A stretch of DNA of 64,000 nt from Candidatus Obscuribacteraceae bacterium (lineage in GTDB: Bacteria > Cyanobacteriota > Vampirovibrionia > Obscuribacterales > Obscuribacteraceae). The stretch lies in contig JBGAHS010000003.1 of NCBI GenBank assembly GCA_044226015.1, positions 640,001-704,000 of the forward strand, read 5' to 3'. A model generated the notes under the pieces. The model searched no databases and was not told the origin of the DNA. It was given only the letters and a program-made list of their open reading frames with translations. Below, one piece after another: positions 27,907 through 38,237 of the stretch. Positions within the stretch are counted from its first letter, which is position 1. Every line of letters starts with the position of its first letter. A program made the position numbers and the translations under genes.

Positions 27907-30090
27907 ATGTCTCAGAATCACATTGACACCCGCTTCGTTTCCCGTGAAGAACCCTTCAGCGGTAGCTTCACCGAACTCCTCGCCGAGATCAAGAAGTATC
28001 CGGCAATGGTCGAATCGGCCAAGGCTCGTCTGCACCGCATGATCGTGCGTGGCGGCGTCGACCAGAACCGTTCGGCTGAAATCCAGCGCATCTACGGCAA
28101 GGACGGTCTGGTCGCCTACAACGCGTTCAGCCAGTTCTACGGCATCGACCCGTCCATCTACCTTGTCGTGAACAACTTCCTGGGTGCTGCCGTCAAGGGT
28201 GCGGAAGCCGACAAGCAGGCGCTCGTCGTCATCGGACCTCCGGGCTCGGGCAAGTCGGACTTCTTCGCTCGCGTCAAGCAAATCTACCGCGGCTCTGAGC
28301 CCATCCCCTTCCTGGGCGGCTCTCGCGTGCACGACAACCCGCTGAACCTGCTGTTCATGATCGATCGCGTTGCTCGCGAACGTTCGGGCGGCAAGATGTC
28401 CAACAAGCGTGCCGAGATCGCCAAGATCATCGAATCGCTGGGCGTCGCCGACCTCATGGACTGGAGCAACCCGGACTGCACTCGCGTTCTCACCGGCAAC
28501 GGCGTCGGCGCGAACATCGAAGGTCTCTCGCAGCTCAGCACTGATGACCTGGTCTCGGCCATCGTCTTTGGTCTCGGTTTGCCCCGCAGCACCCGCAACA
28601 ACATCGGTCGTCCCGAGCCGATGGTGCAGGACATGCTGCTCGGCAAGTTCATCAACAAGAACGCGCCTGTGGACCTCGCGCAGTACCCGATCGAGTCCAT
28701 GTTCTTCGACAGCGATGACGAAGGCTCGGCTGGTATCGTGGACGTGCCTGAAGTTCAGCCCCTGAACTTCGACATCGGCACCTGGATCGGTACCGAAAAC
28801 CTGGCCATGCTCGGTCGTCTGCCTTCGGGTGACCCGCGGCTGGTCGAACTCAACGGCGCCTACAACAAGGGCAACCGCGGTCTCGTCATCAAGACCGAAG
28901 GTCTGAAGAACCCGCCCGAAGCTCAGCGCGTCACGCTGGAAGCTCTCCAGGGTCGCCGCGTCGGCATCCCTGCTCCGCTGGGTGGTTCGCTCCACTTCGA
29001 CGGTCTGGTCATCATCCACTCCAACGAAGGTGAGTACGACCGCTTCATCAAGGAGCGCGTCAACGAGCCCTACGTTGACCGTTTCTGGAGAATCTGGTTC
29101 CCCTACCCGATGGAAGCCCGCCAGGTCCAGAAGGTTCACGAGAAGTTCTGGAAGGGCTCTGACTTCGCCAAGCCCGAGTCGCTTGGTGGCGTGCACGTCG
29201 ACCGTGACGTCTTCGAGTACACCTCGCGCCTGGCTGTTCTCTCCGCTCTGGAAGCACACCCCTCGGTGCCGCTTGCCACGAAGCTGGACGCTTACGATGG
29301 TCGCGACATTCGCCAGAAGGGCATGGGCACGAAGGTGTCCGCCGCCGAACTGCGCCAGCAGGCTTCGCCGCGCGAAGGTCTGTCCGGTATGTCGCCTCGT
29401 GAAGTCGCCAAGATCGTCAACGCGATCGCGGCTGAAGTGGGTCCCGGCAAGGCTGTGACGAGCCGCCTGGTTCGTGACCGCGCCTCGGAATGGTTCCGCA
29501 GCAACGTGCAGGACGAGGAGAAGCTGAAGAGGCTCCAGGGCTTCATCGCCAACGAGCTCGACAGCTGGCGTGCCAAGAATCGCAAGCAGGTCTGGCTGGC
29601 TGCGATGGTCCCCTCATTTACTACTGAGTGCCAGGATGTGTGGGAGCGCTATCTGGATAACATCCAGGCGTTCGCCCGCGACAAGTCCGTGCGCATGACC
29701 GGTTACGGTCGTGGTCCGGTCGGTGGCGATGAACCGTTCATGCGGGAAATCGAGTCCGATCCAGATTGGGGCGTCAGCGCTGCTGAAGCGCCGAAGTTCC
29801 GCGCGGAGATTCTCTCGGCTGTGATGCAGCACACGACGGAAACCGGTAACGCCGTGGTTCCGTACAGCTGCCACGACGCTCTGAAGAACTGCATCGAGCG
29901 CTACGTTCTGCGCAAGGTGCAGGAGACTGCTCGTACCTTCTCGACCTCCAGCGCGCGCTCCGAAGAGGACAAGCGTAAGCTGTCGGAAGTGAAGCGCCGC
30001 CTGATCGACGACTTCGGTTTCAACGACTGGAGCGCCGACGAGCTGCTGCGTGAAGCGGAAGAATCGAAGGGCTTCGTTCTCGTCAAGTAA
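27907..30090 (+). CDS. prkA: PrkA/YeaG family AAA+ ATPase, copy 2
   Basis: FYGID, GPPGSGKS, GAYNKGNRG, FDGLVIIHSNEGEY, EGLSGMSPR. Confidence 0.93.
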   Translation: MSQNHIDTRFVSREEPFSGSFTELLAEIKKYPAMVESAKARLHRMIVRGGVDQNRSAEIQRIYGKDGLVAYNAFSQFYGIDPSIYLVVNNFLGAAVKGAEADKQALVVIGPPGSGKSDFFARVKQIYRGSEPIPFLGGSRVHDNPLNLLFMIDRVARERSGGKMSNKRAEIAKIIESLGVADLMDWSNPDCTRVLTGNGVGANIEGLSQLSTDDLVSAIVFGLGLPRSTRNNIGRPEPMVQDMLLGKFINKNAPVDLAQYPIESMFFDSDDEGSAGIVDVPEVQPLNFDIGTWIGTENLAMLGRLPSGDPRLVELNGAYNKGNRGLVIKTEGLKNPPEAQRVTLEALQGRRVGIPAPLGGSLHFDGLVIIHSNEGEYDRFIKERVNEPYVDRFWRIWFPYPMEARQVQKVHEKFWKGSDFAKPESLGGVHVDRDVFEYTSRLAVLSALEAHPSVPLATKLDAYDGRDIRQKGMGTKVSAAELRQQASPREGLSGMSPREVAKIVNAIAAEVGPGKAVTSRLVRDRASEWFRSNVQDEEKLKRLQGFIANELDSWRAKNRKQVWLAAMVPSFTTECQDVWERYLDNIQAFARDKSVRMTGYGRGPVGGDEPFMREIESDPDWGVSAAEAPKFRAEILSAVMQHTTETGNAVVPYSCHDALKNCIERYVLRKVQETARTFSTSSARSEEDKRKLSEVKRRLIDDFGFNDWSADELLREAEESKGFVLVK

Positions 30091-30336
30091 ACAGGAACTT
30101 CCTGCATAGGAGCAGGAACTCTGACTTGAATATTGGTATGAGGTATGGCGCGTGTCGCAACCTTATTCCCGTAAGCTTGCTCAGAGATATGGCTCAACGG
30201 GTGCAAGCACTCGAGGGAGCTGTGTGTGATAGACCCGGGGGGAGGGAATTGGTTTTGCCGATTCCCTCCCTCTCGTCTTTTCCTGTTCTCGCAGACATCA
30301 ATTTATATATGGCTCGAAAGAGCAGGAGGTTTTTCA

Positions 30337-31890
30337 ATGAACGAAAATGATGAACTCGAATCCGCAGGGCAAGCCCCGCGGAAGAGTCGAGTGCGTGTCA
30401 GAGAGGACAGTTCGCTGCCGCCTCTGGTCAACACGCACTTGCTCGCAAGTCGTACCGTAATCAACCCACCTGGTCCTCCGCACAAAGACCGCACCGGTCC
30501 TGACCAGGAGCGCTACAAGGAACGCAATCGTCCAAGCAAGGACAAGCTTCCCGACATCATCCGCAACAACCCCATCTTCGACGACAAAGGCAAGGTCAAG
30601 GTCCCCATCAGTGGTGGCTACGAACCGCGCTGGCGTCCTGGTCGTGACCAGCAAGGTGGTGGCGGCGGCGGTGGCGGTAAGAAAGCTGGCGAAGACGAAG
30701 CAGACATGACCTACACCGAGATGAGCTACGAGGAATTCCTCCAGCTCTTCTTCGACGGGCTTGAGCTGCCGTTTTTGCTGCGCAAGATGATCGCTCAAAC
30801 CGAGGTCAAGACGCACAAGCGTCGTGGCATTACCAACCAGGGTCCGAAGTCTCGCCTCAACAAGCTGGAGTCGGCCAAGTCTCGCCTCAAGCGCGCCATC
30901 GTAATGAAGAACGCGCACCCGGAAGAGTTCACTCCGAACTTTGCCGAGCAATGCCAGGCTGTTTTCGAGTCGTACCTTTTCTATGCCGCAATGGCTAGCG
31001 AGGTCGATTCGCTCGTCGAGAAACCGAATTACGAGGTGCTCGATGAGACACAGTTCTTGCTCGACGTTGCCAACGCCGGTCGCGAAGAGCAAGACGCAAA
31101 CGAGCTTGAGTTCCGCACTGCAGTCCTGCTGCAAGCTCAACTGCATCTGCAGGCGAGCCCCAGCGAAAGCCGGGTTTCGTACAAGGTGCACGAGCTGATT
31201 CAAGAGCGCGTGGAAGAATTCGTCAAGGAGCTGATTCGCCAGGGCACTGATATTCCCGGTGTCGAAGAGGTGCCGTTCCACAAGTCGGACCTCAAGTACG
31301 GGCGCATCGAAGAGAAGATGGAACCGGACAGCAAGGCAGTGGCATTCCTGCTGCTCGACCGTTCGGGCTCCATGAATGGCGACCCCATCGCCATTGCAAA
31401 GGCGTTCTTCCTGCTGAACATCCTCTTCCTGCGCGCCAAATACAAGAACGTCGCCATCGTCATGATCGCGCACGACGCCAAAGCAGAGCGAATTCTGGAC
31501 GAAAAGAAGTTCTACCAGATTGAAGCAAGCGGCGGCACAGTGGCGGTTCCGGCGTGGAAGATGGCTCTGGAAATCGCCGAGGCTGAATACTCGTCGAGCG
31601 GCTGGAACCGTTATATGTTCCACGCCACCGACGGTGTACTCTTCGACGGTGACACAGTCATCGCAGACTGGTGGACGAAGCTCATCGAGTCGCCGTTCAA
31701 CTACTGCGGCTACCTGGAAATCATCGCTGGCGGCTGGACCAATCCGAAAGATTGGGACGCCGGCGGCAAGGCGTTGCTCAAACTGAAACCCGCCATTGCT
31801 GCACACGTGGGCATGGCTCGGGTCGCTTCTCTTGCGGACCTGCCGCGTGCATTCAAGGAGATCCTCGACAAGGACCGTGTGAAGAGCTAG
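30337..31890 (+). CDS. yeaH: YeaH/YhbH (DUF444) vWA-domain protein
   Basis: Gly-rich GRDQQGGGG..AGE, LFFDGLELP, VPF...DLKY, MIDAS DRSGS, SGGT, WNRY.FHATDG. Confidence 0.92.
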   Translation: MNENDELESAGQAPRKSRVRVREDSSLPPLVNTHLLASRTVINPPGPPHKDRTGPDQERYKERNRPSKDKLPDIIRNNPIFDDKGKVKVPISGGYEPRWRPGRDQQGGGGGGGGKKAGEDEADMTYTEMSYEEFLQLFFDGLELPFLLRKMIAQTEVKTHKRRGITNQGPKSRLNKLESAKSRLKRAIVMKNAHPEEFTPNFAEQCQAVFESYLFYAAMASEVDSLVEKPNYEVLDETQFLLDVANAGREEQDANELEFRTAVLLQAQLHLQASPSESRVSYKVHELIQERVEEFVKELIRQGTDIPGVEEVPFHKSDLKYGRIEEKMEPDSKAVAFLLLDRSGSMNGDPIAIAKAFFLLNILFLRAKYKNVAIVMIAHDAKAERILDEKKFYQIEASGGTVAVPAWKMALEIAEAEYSSSGWNRYMFHATDGVLFDGDTVIADWWTKLIESPFNYCGYLEIIAGGWTNPKDWDAGGKALLKLKPAIAAHVGMARVASLADLPRAFKEILDKDRVKS

Positions 31891-32020
31891 TGCTCTCCTA
31901 CGGCTTCTGCGTCGCATAGTTTCGCTCATTTCGAGAGCCAGAGAAGCTCGTCTTCTCTGGCTCTGCGCATGAAGTCGTTTCAAGCACCAACCTTTTTCCA
32001 CAGACCAGGAGGTTTTGATT

Positions 32021-33817
32021 ATGTCTAACGAAAGAAAAGATCTCGGTCCGTACGAACGGATCGCGAGGTCAATCGAATTGCTCGATGAACGCATGACCCG
32101 CGCTGGCAACCGCGTCGGGCTGCGGCCTTACCCGACCGAATACGAACTCGTCACCGACGAGCAGATGGTCGAACTCATTCCTTATGTGATGATGCCGGTT
32201 CACTATCGTCACTGGCGATACGGCAAACAAGCACTGCAAGAGAAGAAGCGCGCCGGCACCTTCCACATCTTCGAGGCGGTGCTCAACACCGACCCGTCGA
32301 TTTGCTACCTAGGCACCACCAACACGCTGGAAATGCAAGCTCTGGTGATGGGACACGCTAAGTGGGGTCACGTCGACTTCTTCGCCAACAACAAGCTCTT
32401 CAAGGAGACCGGCGCTAACTCAGTCGTCAACCGCTTTGCTCTGGCAAAGCAGAAAATCGACGAGCTGATCGAAGACCCGAACTGGGGCTGGGAAGCTGTC
32501 GAAGCCATTCTCGACGCCGCACACGCCCTGGAAGATCACGTTGCCTGGCTGCCCAGCATCGCTCAAACTTCCGACAAGGAAATGCGAGAAGAGGCTATGG
32601 GACAGCTGCGGGAACTGCGTCGGCGCATCGCGGACGAAGGCTCGCGCTCTGAGCTGACCAAGCAAATGCTGGAGAAGGAAGCCGCCGACCTGCAAGCAAG
32701 GCTGCTTCGCTACCCGCTTTTCCCCACGCAGGACATCCTCGGGTTCTTGATGGACCCCGCCAACACGCCCAAGCTACCGGAGGAAGCGCACACACTTCTT
32801 TCCTTCGTGCGTGACCAGGCGCTCTACTTCCAGCCGCAAGGACGCACCAAGTTCATGAATGAAGGCTGGGCTTCGTACTGGGAAAAGCATCTGCTGCTGC
32901 AGCCGGAGCTTTCGCTGCCGATCGACTTCCGTCTGTCGCTGGCGAAGTACTGGACCATGCACAGCCGGCAAGCGACCAACTGGTACCTCGACCCCTACGC
33001 GCTCGGGCTCAACGTCTTCGAATACATCGACGAAAAGTACGGTTACGACGAAGGCGAAGCCGAGATGGAAGTGAAGCCCATCATCATGGTGGACGACAAC
33101 ACCGTGGTAGAGGCGGACGAAACGCGCACCGTCAAGTACATGAAGCGAAATCGCGACAAGATGCTCGAAGTGCGCAAGCACTACGACGACAACCGCTTCC
33201 TCGAGGAATTCCTTAACGAAGAGCTCTTCGAGAAGATTAACCTGCAAGCGCTGGAGTGGGTGCGCCGGCTGATGAAGCAGATTTCTGGTCTGCTGCGCAA
33301 GAACGGCTGGAACCCCGGGCTTGCCCCCGACCCGCTGCCCATCACGCTCAACGGTTTGATGGAAGTAGTGGAACTCTGGTCCAACACTGCCGAAACCAGC
33401 CAGCAGATTCACGCCCAGTCTGGTGCGCCGCTCTTCCCGGTTCCGCCGCAGATTCTTCAAGAGCTTGCCACGGTGCTGCAGATTGTCGGTGCATTCGACG
33501 CCAACCCTCACAAGGCGCGTCGTCAGCTCGTCATGCGCACTGCGTATCACTCCAAGCCGATGATTTACATCGCGGACACCGGCCGTCGCACTGATGGCGT
33601 CTGGACCCTGAAGCACGAGTTCGACCCGAGCTTCGGTCCGCTGATGCAGTCGGAAGCGCGAGACACGCTCAAGTACTTCCGTCGCCTCTGCTGCGAGCCA
33701 GTTCGACTCGTGACGCTTGAACAGCGTACCGACAAGGATGGGCGCCCCACAGGACCGCTTCTGCCCTACGAATACCTCACCGAAGATGGTGTCACCGTGA
33801 AGGAGCGTTTCCTCTAA
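32021..33817 (+). CDS. spoVR: SpoVR/YcgB family protein
   Basis: MPVHYRHWRYGK, IFEAVLNTDP, HAKWGHVDFFANN, YFQPQGRTKFMNEGWASYW, PYALG. Confidence 0.95.
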   Translation: MSNERKDLGPYERIARSIELLDERMTRAGNRVGLRPYPTEYELVTDEQMVELIPYVMMPVHYRHWRYGKQALQEKKRAGTFHIFEAVLNTDPSICYLGTTNTLEMQALVMGHAKWGHVDFFANNKLFKETGANSVVNRFALAKQKIDELIEDPNWGWEAVEAILDAAHALEDHVAWLPSIAQTSDKEMREEAMGQLRELRRRIADEGSRSELTKQMLEKEAADLQARLLRYPLFPTQDILGFLMDPANTPKLPEEAHTLLSFVRDQALYFQPQGRTKFMNEGWASYWEKHLLLQPELSLPIDFRLSLAKYWTMHSRQATNWYLDPYALGLNVFEYIDEKYGYDEGEAEMEVKPIIMVDDNTVVEADETRTVKYMKRNRDKMLEVRKHYDDNRFLEEFLNEELFEKINLQALEWVRRLMKQISGLLRKNGWNPGLAPDPLPITLNGLMEVVELWSNTAETSQQIHAQSGAPLFPVPPQILQELATVLQIVGAFDANPHKARRQLVMRTAYHSKPMIYIADTGRRTDGVWTLKHEFDPSFGPLMQSEARDTLKYFRRLCCEPVRLVTLEQRTDKDGRPTGPLLPYEYLTEDGVTVKERFL

Positions 33818-33821
33818 GAAA

Positions 33822-33862
33822 AGCAAGAGAGAGCAGCGAGCAATCGTTGCTCTCTCTTTGCT
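33822..33862 (+). terminator. Stem-loop after spoVR
   Basis: AGCAAGAGAGAGCAGCGA...TCGTTGCTCTCTCTTTGCT inverted repeat. Confidence 0.6.
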
Positions 33863-33927
33863 GAACGCTACTTCAAACCAACGTCTGAGAGTTTCTTCTC
33901 AACTGCTTCAAGATAGGAGAAAACTGT

Positions 33928-34563
33928 ATGAGGATCACAAAACCTCGCAGGCCCGGTGACATGATCATCGTGGACCTGGTGAAACCGAGCACGCTGTCTC
34001 CGGATGGCTGGCTCAAACCAATCGAGTTCGAACTCAACGAACCGCCCACGCTCTACGTCCGTGTTCCACATGGGCAATTCGCTGTTCGCGTCATGAGCAC
34101 TGCCGACACCGAAGTGATGATTCACATCGGCGGTGTGAAGGTGGTCGATGCGCGCGTCGGCAAGGGCATCCACATCTTCTCGCAAGACAGTGAAGGTCGC
34201 GCGTTTTCCTACGGAGACAGCGCCCCCACTGCCGAAACTGCTGCGCAAGAGCAACAGCTGCTGGTCGCAAACGAAGAGCATGACGCATGCGCCAACACGC
34301 ATGGTCAGGTTGCTGTTCATGTGCGCTTCGCTGATGAAGTGGACGCCGCCGGCAGCCCTCGTCCAGGTGTCAGCCGTGACTTCGCGCAGCCGGTCTTCTT
34401 CCAGATGAACCCGCCAGGTCAACACGAAGAAGCGCTGGCAGGTCTTCTGCGTCGTATGAAAGCGCCGCAGAAGCTAACTGAAGCCGACGACATCTTCTCT
34501 GAAAACGGCGACGCGAAGCCCGTGCCGAAGCGCATGTGCATCAACTGCGGGCACGAACACTAA
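33928..34563 (+). CDS. Hypothetical protein with a C-terminal CxxC-H motif
   Basis: AGGAGA RBS; ends CINCGHEH. Confidence 0.75.
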   Translation: MRITKPRRPGDMIIVDLVKPSTLSPDGWLKPIEFELNEPPTLYVRVPHGQFAVRVMSTADTEVMIHIGGVKVVDARVGKGIHIFSQDSEGRAFSYGDSAPTAETAAQEQQLLVANEEHDACANTHGQVAVHVRFADEVDAAGSPRPGVSRDFAQPVFFQMNPPGQHEEALAGLLRRMKAPQKLTEADDIFSENGDAKPVPKRMCINCGHEH

Positions 34564-34648
34564 TTCGTTCCTGAACAAGCGGCTTCTCCATCAGATTTCT
34601 GGTGGAGAAGCTCGCTTGCTTTTTCTTTTTCAAGACAAGGAGAAAGCC

Positions 34649-35032
34649 ATGAATTTTGACCCTGTTGAACTCGTGGGTTCTAGCAAGATCCCGTTTGTTA
34701 CCAAGATTCTCGCCCAAAGCGACGGTGCCACCATCACTGGTGTGCGCCTGGGCGAACAAATCGAAATCGCTCTGGAGGAAGACCAATACTCTGGTCGCCA
34801 ATGGGCTGTGAAATTCAACGAAGTGAATCTCACGCTCGTCGGCAAGGGCACCTTCACGGTAAACCCTCGCAATCCTCAATTCGGCATGCGCGTCTTTCGC
34901 TTCGATTGCTCTGGCTTTGGTCCGGGAGACATCGAGCTTCACGAGGTCGTATCCGAATTCGCCTTCAGTGATTTTGCAGGAACTGCGATTCCTGGCGGAA
35001 AAACCTTCCGCGTATGCATCGAAATCAACTAA
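34649..35032 (+). CDS. Possible chagasin/I42-like Ig-fold protein
   Basis: V.LGEQIEIALEE.QYSG.QW...G.RVFRF....G...IEL pattern resembles I42; the NPTTG loop is degenerate. Confidence 0.5.
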   Translation: MNFDPVELVGSSKIPFVTKILAQSDGATITGVRLGEQIEIALEEDQYSGRQWAVKFNEVNLTLVGKGTFTVNPRNPQFGMRVFRFDCSGFGPGDIELHEVVSEFAFSDFAGTAIPGGKTFRVCIEIN

Positions 35033-35408
35033 CCTACTAAGCAGCATGAAAGACGGCTTCACACCCCTCTTTCATGCTGCTCTGGTTTTTTGCTAGGACC
35101 TACTACACCACTACGTACCTCAAAAAAAACAATGGTGCACTATTGTCCGAAAACGATTGAATAAGCGCCCTCTCATCGGAGACCCTTACCGGCAAGTAAC
35201 TTCGCAGAGTCGCGTATGCCCACGTGGGGGTTAGGCTGCAATACTCTTTCTCAAATCTAATCAGAAATGCATATGGTTGCCTTGATAGAGAGCAGTCGAA
35301 AGTTCTAATTTGCAAGGGTCATTTCTCACCCAACATCAATCAGGCGAACTTCACAACCCAAACCGACTTGATGCTAACAAAATTCTCTCAGATGAAAGGA
35401 GCATCACT

Positions 35409-36443
35409 ATGCAACTCGTCTGTTTAGCAGTCCCCTTGGGACTCGTCTTACTGTTTCTCTGGCTCTCCCGCAGGTCTTCGACAGCATGCCCGAGCGGCAT
35501 CGCCTCCGCACCGGAACCGAAGAAGAAAACCATCGCAACTCTAACCCGCGAGGGAATCAACTCCCTCGACGAACTGAGATTGGCGCTTCAATACGCCATT
35601 CAGCTCGAATTCTCGACAATTCCGCCCTACCTAACTGCAGAGTGGTCGATAAAGGATCAGAAGCAGCAAGCCCGCACTATCATTCATGAAATCGTAATTC
35701 AAGAAATGGTGCACATGGGCCTGGCATGCAACATGCTCAGCGCTATTGGCGGCAAAGCACGCCTGACACAGGCGGGCTTCGTTCCTTCCTATCCGTGCAC
35801 AGGATTGCCCGGGGGCGTTCATCCGGACCTGAAAGTCTCGCTGCTGCCACTCTCAGCAGAAGCACTCAAGATTTTCATGGAAATTGAAATGCCACAGCAT
35901 GGACCAATTGCAGCAGCCAGCGGTGTAAACATCGGCGACTTCTACGACGCCATAGCCGATGGCTTCAAGCGACTGAGCCCGACCTTTGGTGGTGGATTTC
36001 AGCTTGAGCACTCGTTTGCGGTAGGAGAACTCTTCCGCATCAACAATCTTGAAGATGCCCTCAAGGCGATTCGAACCATTAAGGACCAGGGAGAGGGCAG
36101 CCAACAAACCCCCATGCCAGAGGACTCACCCTCCGGCGAGCCTTCACACTACTATGCGTTTAAGCAATTGCTTGTCGGCAAACGCTTGCGCAAGGCTGAT
36201 GACGGCAGTTGGCACTTCGACGGAGAAGACATGCCACTACCTGCAGTGCACTCATTCGGCGTCGGCAGCGTGCCTGAGACAGCTGACTTCAACAGCACAC
36301 TGACTGCGCTTCTGAAAGCACTGGAAGATGTTTGGGGCAACGGAGCGCCCTTTCATCAAGCGATGCAAGCCATGATGCGCATGCGCAAACAGGGCATCGG
36401 CTTGATGGAGCGTGGAATTCTGCCAGACTTCCATCCACAATAA
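35409..36443 (+). CDS. Ferritin-like domain protein (VioB C-terminal type) with an N-terminal TM anchor
   Basis: AIQLEFSTIPPYLTA, QEMVHM.LACN.L.AIGG, FMEIE.P, IGDFY, QGEG, SHYYAF. Confidence 0.88.
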   Translation: MQLVCLAVPLGLVLLFLWLSRRSSTACPSGIASAPEPKKKTIATLTREGINSLDELRLALQYAIQLEFSTIPPYLTAEWSIKDQKQQARTIIHEIVIQEMVHMGLACNMLSAIGGKARLTQAGFVPSYPCTGLPGGVHPDLKVSLLPLSAEALKIFMEIEMPQHGPIAAASGVNIGDFYDAIADGFKRLSPTFGGGFQLEHSFAVGELFRINNLEDALKAIRTIKDQGEGSQQTPMPEDSPSGEPSHYYAFKQLLVGKRLRKADDGSWHFDGEDMPLPAVHSFGVGSVPETADFNSTLTALLKALEDVWGNGAPFHQAMQAMMRMRKQGIGLMERGILPDFHPQ

Positions 36444-36707
36444 TTGCGCCAGACTGAAGCAAGACCGCAAAAGCAGAAGATGACATTGAACCACGTGTTC
36501 TTTGCCATCTTCTCGCTTTTTGCGCTTTTACAGCTACTACTATAGCGATTCGTATCAATCAAAAAAAACGGAAGTTCCATGACCTCAAAATAGACATTCA
36601 TCACAAAATCCCTCTGAAATCAAAGAACTGACAATTCGTATTCTCCCCATGTAAATCGGAGCAGGATTTCTTAGAATCAGCTCAGGGTTTGTTTGGGGAT
36701 TGGGTAA

Positions 36708-37130
36708 ATGAGCGACAAGAATTTTCAACTGTCAGATAGTCCAAAACTTGATATAGAGAACGGCAAAGCCGCTGCCACTCTGTTAAGTTCTGACGCCTGG
36801 TCCGAGCCATTAAATCGAGTTGGCTTTGGACAGCACGGCAAAGACATCGCAATTGCTACTGCTAGCGGTGCTGCAGCAGGAACTCTAGTTGGCATTGGAA
36901 TCGGAGCAGCCAACGACTCCATAAGCAGAGTCATGTCCGAAGTTACCCGCGTTCCGATGCAGACGCTTTTCTCTGCCATGAGTGGAAAAGCAATTGTACT
37001 TGAGCCACTTGTCTTAGAAAGTTCCATTCCGCGAATAGCCAGCAGAGGCGGACTTATCGGTGCAGCAACAGCACTGGCGGCATACGGCGCATATGAGCTG
37101 TATGAGAATTACAAGCATAAAGACAAATAG
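36708..37130 (+). CDS. Hypothetical glycine-zipper-like membrane protein
   Basis: GAAAGTLVGIGIG and GGLIGAATALAAYG segments. Confidence 0.65.
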   Translation: MSDKNFQLSDSPKLDIENGKAAATLLSSDAWSEPLNRVGFGQHGKDIAIATASGAAAGTLVGIGIGAANDSISRVMSEVTRVPMQTLFSAMSGKAIVLEPLVLESSIPRIASRGGLIGAATALAAYGAYELYENYKHKDK

Positions 37131-37265
37131 AGTGAACTAATAGTCGTGTTTTCTTCTGCATGGCTGCGAACTCTCTAAGCCGATTATTTTCAGAGCTAAT
37201 ACATTTGCTTTCCATGAGCGTAAAATGAACACTCGGCGATTCGCCGCGCTTACTGGAGGCAAACC

Positions 37266-38237
37266 ATGGAATATTTGAATTCAATCGCAGAAGCAGTGGG
37301 AAACACACCGCTAATTCGATTGAACCATTTCAATATCTCAGCAAACCATAGAATTTTTTTGAAATGCGAATTTCTCAACCCTGGTGGCTCAGTCAAAGAC
37401 AGAATTGCCTTTCACATGGTAGAAGAAGCAGAAAGAAGCGGAAAGCTTAAGCCCGGTGGATTGATGGTCGAGGCAACCGGAGGAAACACCGGAATAGGAT
37501 TGGCAATGGCAGCTAATCTTAAAGGCTATAAACTACTTTGCGTGATGACCGAGAAGGTCGGAAAAAAGAAGGTTTCTTTGATGAAAATTCTCGGCGCGGA
37601 ATGCATTGTCGTTCCGGGCGGAAAGAGCATTGCAGACCCAGAACACTACATCAACAAAGCAAAACAAATTGCTCAAGAAAAGGGCGCCTGGTTCGTTGGT
37701 CAATTTGAAAACCAAGCAAATCTCGAAGCTCACTACAATACAACAGGACCAGAGCTTTGGGAGCAGACAGGAGGCAAGATTGATGCGTTCGTGGCTGGTA
37801 TAGGCACTGGTGGCACTCTCTGCGGCGCGGGAAGATATCTCAAAGAGAAGAAACCAGCGGTAGAACTTATCCTGGCTGACCCAGAAGGAAGCTTACTGGC
37901 AGCCTGGTTAAACCATTCGAAGGAGACCCCGGGCTCTTACCTTGTTGAAGGAATTGGCGGAGACTTCATTCCCGACATCGTAGACCTTTCGTTGATCGAC
38001 AAAGCAATAACGATTTCAGACAGAGAGTCGATAGAAACGACACACAAACTGGCAAGAGAAGAGTCCATTTTTGTTGGTGGCTCAGCAGGATGCATTGTCG
38101 CAGCAGCTGTCCACTACTGCCTCTCATCAAGAAAAGAAGAACTCAACGTTGTCGCAGTTTTACCAAGTACCGGGCATCTTTACACCGACACTGTATTTGA
38201 TACCAACTGGCTAGACCTGAAGTTGCCAAAGCAGTAA
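37266..38237 (+). CDS. Cysteine synthase / cystathionine beta-synthase family PLP enzyme
   Basis: GNTPLIRL, NPGGSVKDR, EATGGNTG, GIGTGGT, EGIG. Confidence 0.95.
   Translation: MEYLNSIAEAVGNTPLIRLNHFNISANHRIFLKCEFLNPGGSVKDRIAFHMVEEAERSGKLKPGGLMVEATGGNTGIGLAMAANLKGYKLLCVMTEKVGKKKVSLMKILGAECIVVPGGKSIADPEHYINKAKQIAQEKGAWFVGQFENQANLEAHYNTTGPELWEQTGGKIDAFVAGIGTGGTLCGAGRYLKEKKPAVELILADPEGSLLAAWLNHSKETPGSYLVEGIGGDFIPDIVDLSLIDKAITISDRESIETTHKLAREESIFVGGSAGCIVAAAVHYCLSSRKEELNVVAVLPSTGHLYTDTVFDTNWLDLKLPKQ

Noticed and set aside
30091..30336. Intergenic region between prkA copy 2 and yeaH considered as an ncRNA
   Set aside because: It has hairpins, including a terminator-like one, but no recognisable family motif and no second copy to support a structure
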